Below, in pieces: positions 56,933 to 64,000 of a stretch of DNA of 64,000 bases. The position numbers and the translations under genes are program-made. Numbering within the stretch: the stretch's first letter is position 1; each line of letters begins with the position of its first letter. Under the pieces are notes generated by a model. That model did not search any database. It was not told the origin of the DNA and saw nothing but the letters and a program-made list of their open reading frames with translations. The DNA comes from Candidatus Latescibacterota bacterium (lineage in GTDB: Bacteria; Latescibacterota; UBA2968): assembly GCA_965232265.1 (NCBI GenBank), contig CBDDPH010000002.1:434257-498256 (forward strand), read 5' to 3'.

Positions 56933-57344
56933 TGCGTTGTTCCGCATCTTTGGACAGGGTATCGAGAATACCATTGATAAAATTAGAAGCCTTGGCTTCG
57001 CTAAATTGCTTGGCCAGTTCTATGGCTTCGTCAATAGAGACTTTGTAGGGAATATCTTTGAAATAGCGCATTTCCGCAAGGGCTATCCAGAGCACGATTC
57101 GGTCAATGCGCGAAACCCGTTCCAATGACCAATTTTCCAGCACGGGTTCAATAGATGCGTCCAGTTCTTCGCGGTGTTCCCAGGCTGTTTGGGCCAGATT
57201 GATCGCAAAATCCGAGCTCGATGCCGAAAGACGCGTGCGGATGCACATGGTCTGCGCTGTCTGTTGTACTGGATCGCCCACGCTCGCGGTCCAATAAAGT
57301 GCTTGCAGCGCAGCCTGACGCGCTTTGCGTCTCGATTTTATCAT
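56925..57344 (-). CDS. nusB: Transcription antitermination factor NusB
   Basis: [15 protein letters not shown]-terminus and conserved C-terminal helices. Confidence 0.8.
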   Translation of the reverse strand: MIKSRRKARQAALQALYWTASVGDPVQQTAQTMCIRTRLSASSSDFAINLAQTAWEHREELDASIEPVLENWSLERVSRIDRIVLWIALAEMRYFKDIPYKVSIDEAIELAKQFSEAKASNFINGILDTLSKDAEQRNG

Positions 57345-57817
57345 TTTTCCGACTCCCAGGCGGCGATAACGCCGATCATTTCAATTGCGGCCAGGGCGGC
57401 TTCCCAACCTTTATTGCCAGCTTTTGTCCCCGCCCGTTCTATGGCTTGTTCAATGGTATCGGTTGTCAAAATGCCAAATATGGTGGGCACACCTGTTTCT
57501 CGGCCAACAGATGCCACACCTTTTGCGGCTTCATTGCATACGTAGTCAAAATGCGGCGTGCTGCCTCTGATTATTGCGCCCAGACAGATCAGCGCGTCAT
57601 ACCGACCGCTTTGCGTCATTTTTTCCGCCATGGTGGGAATTTCAAAACTTCCCGGTACCCATACTATGTCTATGGCGTCTGTATCGCCACCGTGTCGCGC
57701 AATACAGTCGAGCGCACCGCCGAGCAGTTCTTTGCTGATAAACGCATTGAATCGCCCCACCACAATGCCAAATCGCATGCCTTCTGCCGATAACTGACCT
57801 TCATAAACTCTGGGCAT
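57341..57817 (-). CDS. ribH: 6,7-dimethyl-8-ribityllumazine synthase
   Basis: [22 protein letters not shown]..., full-length. Confidence 0.9.
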   Translation of the reverse strand: MPRVYEGQLSAEGMRFGIVVGRFNAFISKELLGGALDCIARHGGDTDAIDIVWVPGSFEIPTMAEKMTQSGRYDALICLGAIIRGSTPHFDYVCNEAAKGVASVGRETGVPTIFGILTTDTIEQAIERAGTKAGNKGWEAALAAIEMIGVIAAWESEK

Positions 57818-59051
57818 CGCGATCTCCTTCTTCGCCTAATTGCAATTCGTCTTCTTGAAATAAATGTCCCATTTTTTCCTGCTTGGTTCGCATATATGAC
57901 AGGTTCCATTTGTTGACCTGAATGGCGACCCGGATGCTGTCTATAATTTCTATGCCATAAGCTTCCAGGCCCACGCGCTTTGATGGATTATTGGTGATGA
58001 GTACGACTTTTCTGATTCCCAAATCCGACAGGATTTGTGCGCCAATGCCATAGTCTCGTTCGTCCATCTTAAATCCGAGTTTCAGGTTGGCTTCTACGGT
58101 ATCATATCCCTCTTCTTGCAGTTTGTACGCGTGCAATTTTGCCCGCAGGCCAATACCCCGCCCTTCCTGCCGCATATACACCAGTGCGCCGCGTCCCTCT
58201 TTTTCGATCATTTCGAGTGCAGAGTGTAAGTTTTTTTCGCAATCACATCGCAGTGAGCCGAGTGAGTCGCCCGTTAGGCATTCGGAGTGCATCCGCACCA
58301 TTACGGGTGCATCGCCGGACAGATCGCCTTTTACCAGTGCGACGTGTTCGCGTTCATCCACGTCGCTTTCATACAGGTGCAATTGAAACGCGCCAAATCG
58401 CGTGGGCATATCCACTTGCTCGACACAGCGCACCAGTTTTTCGGAGCGACGGCGATAGGCAATCAAATCGTGAATTGTCGTTACTTTCAAGCCAAATTGA
58501 TCGGCAAGTTCCAAAAGTTGCGGTAGGCGTGCCATGGTGCCGTCTTCATTCAGGATTTCACACAGTACACCGGCGGGATACAGGCCAGCCAAACGCGCCA
58601 GATCTACCGCTGCTTCTGTGTGTCCCGCTCGTCGCAAGACCCCGCCGGGCATTGCGCGGAGTGGAAAAATGTGACCTGGACGACCAAAATTTTCAGGCCG
58701 CGATTTGGGATCTACAAATTGTCGAATTGTTTCGGCGCGATCCTGTGCGGAGATACCGGTTGTCACACCGTAGAGCGCGTCGATGCTTACCGTGAATGGC
58801 GTGCCGTGAAGCGCTGTGTTGGTGTTGACCATCATGTCCAGGTCGAGTTCTTTGAGGCGGTCGGGCGTTGCGGGCAAACAGACCAGTCCGCGGCCATGGC
58901 GCGCCATAAAATTAATGGCTTCAGATGTCACTTTTTCCGCGGCCATAATGAAGTCGCCTTCATTTTCCCGGTCTTCGTCATCGACGACAATGACGATTTT
59001 TCCCGCTCGAATATCTTCGAGGGTGTCTTCAATCGTTGCGATTTTTTTCAT
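57801..59051 (-). CDS. ribBA: Bifunctional 3,4-dihydroxy-2-butanone-4-phosphate synthase / GTP cyclohydrolase II
   Basis: [12 protein letters not shown] (DHBP synthase) and C-terminal GTP cyclohydrolase II Cys/HG motifs. Confidence 0.9.
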   Translation of the reverse strand: MKKIATIEDTLEDIRAGKIVIVVDDEDRENEGDFIMAAEKVTSEAINFMARHGRGLVCLPATPDRLKELDLDMMVNTNTALHGTPFTVSIDALYGVTTGISAQDRAETIRQFVDPKSRPENFGRPGHIFPLRAMPGGVLRRAGHTEAAVDLARLAGLYPAGVLCEILNEDGTMARLPQLLELADQFGLKVTTIHDLIAYRRRSEKLVRCVEQVDMPTRFGAFQLHLYESDVDEREHVALVKGDLSGDAPVMVRMHSECLTGDSLGSLRCDCEKNLHSALEMIEKEGRGALVYMRQEGRGIGLRAKLHAYKLQEEGYDTVEANLKLGFKMDERDYGIGAQILSDLGIRKVVLITNNPSKRVGLEAYGIEIIDSIRVAIQVNKWNLSYMRTKQEKMGHLFQEDELQLGEEGDRDAQSL

Positions 59052-59068
59052 ATTTATTTTTCTGTAAA

Positions 59069-59713
59069 TTAGCGGTCGCTCATCATCGCCCGAATGCGAT
59101 CTTCCGTGAGCATATTTTTTTCATTCATAGGTTGCACCAATCGCTCCAGATAACGCGCGATTATATCCACTTCGATATTTACCCGGTCACCCGGATATTT
59201 TTCCGACAATGTCGTCACTTTTAGCGTGTGCGGAATTGCCGCGACCGAAAAGGTGCGGTCGGTTACTGAAACCACTGTCAGGCTGATTCCATTGACAGTA
59301 ACAGATCCTTTCTCGGCAATATAAGGGGCCAACTCAGGCGGTACCTCAAATTCAAATACAATTTGATCCGAAGATTCCGTGCGGCCTTTCACGCGGCCCA
59401 CGCCATCGACGTGTGCGGCAACGAGATGACCATCGAGGCGGTCGCCGAGTTTTAATGATCGCTCCAGATTGACGCGGCTGCCCACGCGGCAATCACCCAA
59501 TGTGGTTCTTTGCAGTGTTTCTGCTATGGATTCGATCACAAATGTGTCGGTATCAAAATGTACGACGGTATGGCACGCACCTTCAATGGCAATGCTGTCG
59601 CCTATTTTTACGCCATTGAGCACCTGCTTCGCTGCTATGGTCGTGCGCTGATAACCCGCGCGCGATTCAATGTGCCGAATCGTTCCCACTTCCTCTACAA
59701 TGCCAGTAAACAT
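59069..59713 (-). CDS. ribE: Riboflavin synthase alpha chain
   Basis: [10 protein letters not shown] start, duplicated lumazine-binding halves. Confidence 0.85.
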   Translation of the reverse strand: MFTGIVEEVGTIRHIESRAGYQRTTIAAKQVLNGVKIGDSIAIEGACHTVVHFDTDTFVIESIAETLQRTTLGDCRVGSRVNLERSLKLGDRLDGHLVAAHVDGVGRVKGRTESSDQIVFEFEVPPELAPYIAEKGSVTVNGISLTVVSVTDRTFSVAAIPHTLKVTTLSEKYPGDRVNIEVDIIARYLERLVQPMNEKNMLTEDRIRAMMSDR

Positions 59714-59717
59714 GTCG

Positions 59718-60482
59718 CTAATTTTTGGACGTTTTTTTCACGCGAGCAGTGAACAGAAAATCATTGCCGATGGATTCGACTGTTGCTTTTTCAAGTTCAA
59801 CTGCATCGGTTATTGAAGTGATGTTTAAGGATCCGATTGCGGGTATTCCAACTCCCAGTATTTTTGGAGCGACAAATGCGGCTATCCGATCCACCAGATT
59901 CAGGCGCAATGCCGATGCAGCCACGCGGCTACCGCCTTCGATCAGGATGTGTCGCAATCCCGATAGAGCGGCTTTTTGCAAGACTGCCTTCAGGTCTATT
60001 TGACCATTCAGTATTGGCAACTGCCAGACCTGTGCTCCTTTTTTTTTTCGCTCTTTTATCCGTTTTTTGCACACTTCGTTAGACGTTGCTATAATCAGAG
60101 GTGCCCCGCTAAAAATTTTGGCGTTTAGTCCAATTCTTAGCTGAGAGTCCAGTACGATCTTTGTCGGGCTGCATCCATCGACATATCGCACGGATAATTC
60201 CGGGTCGTCGGCCATCACTGTGCCGCGCCCGACCAGAATCGCGTCAGCCTCTGCGCGAAGTTGATGCCCGCGCACCCGCGATGCTTTTGATGTGATCCAC
60301 TTCGAGTCGCCCGTGCAAGTGGCGATGTTGCCGTCCAGCGTTTGCGCCAGTTTTAAGGTGACAAAAGGCAGTCCAGTTGACCGATATTTGGTTTCGATTG
60401 CGTTCATTACGTAGGGGTGAGACGTAAGCGGTGAGATGACCGCCCAATCAGTCCCAATCTCTCGCCTTTTATCTGCGTCCAT
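59718..60482 (-). CDS. ribD: 5-amino-6-(5-phosphoribosylamino)uracil reductase, the RibD C-terminal domain only (no deaminase domain)
   Basis: PFVTLKLAQTLDGNIA...; only ~40 residues precede the reductase domain. Confidence 0.75.
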   Translation of the reverse strand: MDADKRREIGTDWAVISPLTSHPYVMNAIETKYRSTGLPFVTLKLAQTLDGNIATCTGDSKWITSKASRVRGHQLRAEADAILVGRGTVMADDPELSVRYVDGCSPTKIVLDSQLRIGLNAKIFSGAPLIIATSNEVCKKRIKERKKKGAQVWQLPILNGQIDLKAVLQKAALSGLRHILIEGGSRVAASALRLNLVDRIAAFVAPKILGVGIPAIGSLNITSITDAVELEKATVESIGNDFLFTARVKKTSKN

Positions 60483-60501
60483 CTGCGTCCATCTGCGGAT
60501 C

Positions 60502-62499
60502 CTATTTTACTTCAAAAACGGTTTTTCCAACACCCACGTTGCCCAGTGCATCTTCCGCTTTCACGACGAGTGTATAAGAGCCGGTTTTCAAATTTTGAAT
60601 AGAAAAATTCAGTGTCTCTGTCGGCGAATCAAATATCTGGTCAGTGGGAAAGACGACCTTCCAATCGTCGGAATTGAGTGAATACGCTGCTTTGTGAATC
60701 GCAGTGGCAGCGTCTTGAATTGAACCGGTTACGCTTATCTTTTTGTCGATTTGTCTTATGTCGTGCAACTGCACTGTTGGTGCCGAATTATCAATTTCAA
60801 AGGGCGCACTGACCGCCTCGGCTGTTAATGCGATGGGGTTGTCCAATCGGTCTGATGCCACGACCTTAACTTCGACCGTGCCATCGGGAACGGCTTCGGT
60901 GTGCCAAAAATAATGCGAGGTCTTCAAGTCGTCTGTTAATAGCCGCCAGTGCGGTTCGCCAACACTTCTAAAATACAGGGTGTAAATCAAGGTGTCGTCG
61001 TTGGCATCACCGGCAGTCCAATCAATTTTCCACACGCCTTTTTCCATAAATTCCGGATTTTCACTTTCGTTACCAGACAGGTCGGCCTCGGCTTTAATCC
61101 GTAATATTCTGGGATGAACATTGTCTTGCAAGCCCGATAGTTTGATAGAACGCACCAGAGGCGTCGCGTTTTCAGATCGCGTCTTCAAAACCAGCCGATA
61201 TTGCAAAAAACGCCCTGGGCGACTGGTAATGGGTTTTCCCGATGAGGCGATTGGCTCTGACCACGCGCTCCACGTATCATCGGGTTCTTCGCTGTTGCCG
61301 GACCGCGTTTGAACAGCGACCGATGTTTCCGGAGGTGTTTCGCTTTGCCATGATACGCGCCCCCAATGCGATACCCGATCGAAGTCCTGTGGTTCAGATG
61401 TGAGTTGGCCTTCCACAGCAAATTCTTTTTCTATGCGATAAATCTCACCGGATCCACTGCATCCAATCCACAGTGCGTTTTTGTGTGCGGCAATCATAAC
61501 CCAGGGATTTACATCTTTTAGTTCTGCGAGCAAAGTGGCGTTGCCATCGGGCCATACGCGATGTATGCGCCCGTGTTTTCCCGTGACCACTTTTACGGTT
61601 CCATCGGCATCTATGACGGAGTCCAACAACATCGGGTCATCGGTGGTCCACAGTCGCATTGCCAATCCCGAAGGGCGAATCGCATATAGTGTTGCGCCGG
61701 ATTGATCTGACCTTTTTTGCTCTCTTCCATTGCCTTCTGTTCGACCGCTTTGCGCCATCGCCGTTGCGTAAATTGTGCCATTGGGTGCGACACTCAGCGC
61801 GTGAATCTCTTTTTCACGGGCGTCGTAAAGTACATCTGCACCACCTTGCTCGCGCACCCGATAAATCAGGCCGCTATGGTCTGTGCCCGCATAAATCTCG
61901 CCCTGGGCACCTGTGGCGAGGGATACCACATTGGGGTCTTTGCTCGCGTAGAGCGCGGTGACTTTGCCTTGTTTGTCAATTTTCAAAACGCGCCCCTGAT
62001 CACCACCTGTACCCGCGTATAAGCTGCCGTTTGGGCGTGCAATGAGTGCAAATACATGGCGATCACCTGTCTGACAAAATTCTATGGGTTCTCGTCCCGG
62101 TGCAATGCGATAAATCAGCCCGCCCGGCGATGTGCCCGCATAGAGCGCGCCATCTATACCAATGGCGAGGCTGAAAATGTGAACGGTTGCGGAGTCGGGG
62201 GCATCGAATAACAGTTCTGCCCGGTCACTGTCGGGTTTGAGCATGTAAATTCGACCTTTATTGCCGGTTCCGATGTACAGGGTTTTGTCCTTATCTACAG
62301 ACAGTGCCCAAACAAAGTCTTCACCTGTATCTGCGACCCGTTTATAAGATGGTGCCAAGGTCACTGTGCCTTCCCGCGTGAGCGACACGCCATCGGGTTC
62401 TCCTTTGAGGAAGGCCGTCTGTGAATCTTCTCGCCAAATTTTGGGCGACACGGCGTTTGCGCTCGTTCCAAGTAGGATAAAAAGCAGTACATGTGTCAT
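60502..62499 (-). CDS. Secreted beta-propeller repeat protein with C-terminal Ig/Fn3-like domains (likely start MTHVLLF..., 62499)
   Basis: Signal peptide; repeated LY(A/I)GT..G.IYR blades; beta-rich C-terminus. Confidence 0.45.
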   Translation of the reverse strand: MTHVLLFILLGTSANAVSPKIWREDSQTAFLKGEPDGVSLTREGTVTLAPSYKRVADTGEDFVWALSVDKDKTLYIGTGNKGRIYMLKPDSDRAELLFDAPDSATVHIFSLAIGIDGALYAGTSPGGLIYRIAPGREPIEFCQTGDRHVFALIARPNGSLYAGTGGDQGRVLKIDKQGKVTALYASKDPNVVSLATGAQGEIYAGTDHSGLIYRVREQGGADVLYDAREKEIHALSVAPNGTIYATAMAQSGRTEGNGREQKRSDQSGATLYAIRPSGLAMRLWTTDDPMLLDSVIDADGTVKVVTGKHGRIHRVWPDGNATLLAELKDVNPWVMIAAHKNALWIGCSGSGEIYRIEKEFAVEGQLTSEPQDFDRVSHWGRVSWQSETPPETSVAVQTRSGNSEEPDDTWSAWSEPIASSGKPITSRPGRFLQYRLVLKTRSENATPLVRSIKLSGLQDNVHPRILRIKAEADLSGNESENPEFMEKGVWKIDWTAGDANDDTLIYTLYFRSVGEPHWRLLTDDLKTSHYFWHTEAVPDGTVEVKVVASDRLDNPIALTAEAVSAPFEIDNSAPTVQLHDIRQIDKKISVTGSIQDAATAIHKAAYSLNSDDWKVVFPTDQIFDSPTETLNFSIQNLKTGSYTLVVKAEDALGNVGVGKTVFEVK

Positions 62500-62515
62500 C
62501 CCCGCTCTCAATATT

Positions 62516-63997
62516 CTATCTTTTTTCTTCACCCGAACCTCTCCTGCCTGAAAAAGTTGCACTGCCGTCTTTGCCCACCACCAGAAGGGCCATTTGACTG
62601 CCGGTCAATACGTAGCGGGTCATGACGTGTTTTTGGCTATATATCGACTGCTGTGATTGTTGCACGACATCTGATCCACGCGCCAGTGATAGTGCTGACA
62701 GAACCGAAGTGGGCAATCCCGAGATCTCACGTCCGCCCATTGTTACGCTGGGGCGAGAAGCTATGAATCTCGCAACGAGTACATCATTGCGCCCCGATTT
62801 CTCGATCTGCCCAATCAGTTCTTCCAGTGTTTTGGGTTGATGAGCGGTGCGTTTCATATCTTGTAATCGCTGTTCGCGTTCATTCACAATCTGCAATATC
62901 AAACGTCCTGGCGCCATAAATCCGGGAATTGGCAGGGCGACATTTACGGTCTCGCGCTTGCCCAGCAACGGAGCTATCGCAATAGAGACGTGTACTGTAT
63001 CGCCCGGTTCGTAGCGCGAACGATCCAGTCGCAGCCCTTCAATACGGGCACTTTGGGTGCGTTCTTCAACGGATAATTGAAATATAGCCGAGTCAATACG
63101 GGCTTCGACAAAAGGATTCTGGATCACTTGTGCAAGGGGTTGTGTCAAGCCCAGTACCGCCAGCCCAAGCCCCTGAGTACCTGCGTATTTATTTTTTATT
63201 ATTACGGGTTCGCGTTTGGGTAGGTGCAACGTCAATTGTCCCGCGACAGTGGTTTCACCTGTCAATTTTTCAGCGGAGATAACCGAGGTCGCTACGGCCA
63301 TCCGCACCAGCAACGGACCTAATTCTCTGTGGCGAAATACTTCCATATTAAACGCGGCGGCGTGGTTGGGAGATACGACAGAGATACGCACGGGCATCAT
63401 TTCTGCTTCAGATCCTATGACGCCAGCAATGCCCGGTGCGCGATCTTGTAAGATCACACCGATATGTTGCGATGCTGTGCCCACCTTAAACGAAAGCATC
63501 TGGCTGGAAATCACTTCGTGAATAAATGCTGCGGTCATAGACATCGCCGTGCGACCGCCAAATAACAGGGGATGCCCAAAGCCCACGACCTTATCACCCA
63601 CGCGATGTGTCAGCGTGCCAATGCCCGTGACACTGAGGTCGCCCCGGACCAGTTGCACGCCCAGAGGCGCGCCCGGTTCAAATGGACCGACAGATAGAGA
63701 TGGGTCTGTTCCGCCACCGCCCTGCATGGGCAACAGGCCGTATTTTGACAATTCACCGCGATATTCCGCGACCACTTGCTGAGCAAATCCCGAGAGCATC
63801 AAAGGTACAGCCACGGGTTTTAGTACCCCGCCGTGTACGCCAGCTATTTGTCCCTCCCAGGGCGCAGATCCATAAGTCGCGCTCGACATGGTATCCCGCG
63901 ATGCACGCTGGAGTACCGTCATCATCTCGCCAATTGGCGTGATCCCCGCAATTGGCTCTTCGGCGAATGCACCAATGCTGTAGCCGACTGCGCCCAC
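62516..63997 (-). CDS. Peptidase S55 (SpoIVB-like) domain protein, N-terminus probably truncated by the window edge
   Basis: GIGTLTHRVGDKVVGFGHPLL resembles the SpoIVB/S55 GIGTLTF...GALGH block; ORF open to position 64000. Confidence 0.4.
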   Translation of the reverse strand: MGAVGYSIGAFAEEPIAGITPIGEMMTVLQRASRDTMSSATYGSAPWEGQIAGVHGGVLKPVAVPLMLSGFAQQVVAEYRGELSKYGLLPMQGGGGTDPSLSVGPFEPGAPLGVQLVRGDLSVTGIGTLTHRVGDKVVGFGHPLLFGGRTAMSMTAAFIHEVISSQMLSFKVGTASQHIGVILQDRAPGIAGVIGSEAEMMPVRISVVSPNHAAAFNMEVFRHRELGPLLVRMAVATSVISAEKLTGETTVAGQLTLHLPKREPVIIKNKYAGTQGLGLAVLGLTQPLAQVIQNPFVEARIDSAIFQLSVEERTQSARIEGLRLDRSRYEPGDTVHVSIAIAPLLGKRETVNVALPIPGFMAPGRLILQIVNEREQRLQDMKRTAHQPKTLEELIGQIEKSGRNDVLVARFIASRPSVTMGGREISGLPTSVLSALSLARGSDVVQQSQQSIYSQKHVMTRYVLTGSQMALLVVGKDGSATFSGRRGSGEEKR

Positions 63998-64000
63998 GAG

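Overview
This 64-kb window is moderately GC-rich and looks like a Gram-negative bacterial chromosome with FCB-superphylum-like envelope genes. About 80% of coding sequence is on the minus strand, with a continuous minus-strand gene array from roughly 14.5 to 46.6 kb. Recognisable housekeeping genes, in window order, are: pyrK; a carB gene split into two adjacent CDSs (TAA-CC-ATG junction), with a TPR/TonB-C protein embedded between them and pyrK; nnr; two tRNA-Ser genes behind a consensus sigma70 promoter; gltX followed by tRNA-Gln; a NIPSNAP protein; a cold-shock protein with a long structured 5'UTR; groES-groEL with a CIRCE operator; a rhodanese; secA; a metallophosphoesterase; nusB-ribH-ribBA-ribE and a reductase-only ribD. 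Accessory content includes: (i) a STAND/Arch_ATPase-like NTPase with wHTH and three near-identical 41-aa repeats, preceded by tandem dyad-symmetric operator-like sites; (ii) a long minus-strand envelope operon of TMTC-like TPR glycosyltransferase, methyltransferase/GT2 fusion, two paralogous TPR+GWxTD proteins, an uncharacterised ~660-aa polytopic membrane protein (with a second paralog 26 kb away), and a 1500-aa fusion of a degenerate M28-like ectodomain to an orphan FtsX/MacB-type permease; (iii) a PorV/PorQ-like barrel, a CTD-bearing secreted protein, a TonB-dependent receptor and a small OM barrel; (iv) a probably cytoplasmic heparinase II/III-like pair with cysteine hydrolase and SSF transporter, preceded by a tiny dockerin-repeat ORF; (v) a Lys/Ala-rich histone-H1-like protein with a 117-nt tandem repeat. 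Five copies of a previously unrecognised mosaic intergenic repeat (variable GC hairpin plus conserved GTCATCGCGGC-loop-GCCGCGATCCAGAAGG hairpin) occur in the same orientation. One copy shows a compensatory stem change and one supplies the last 10 codons of nnr. No CRISPR array, transposase or prophage gene was seen. All calls are from reading the sequence and ORF translations only; no searches were run.
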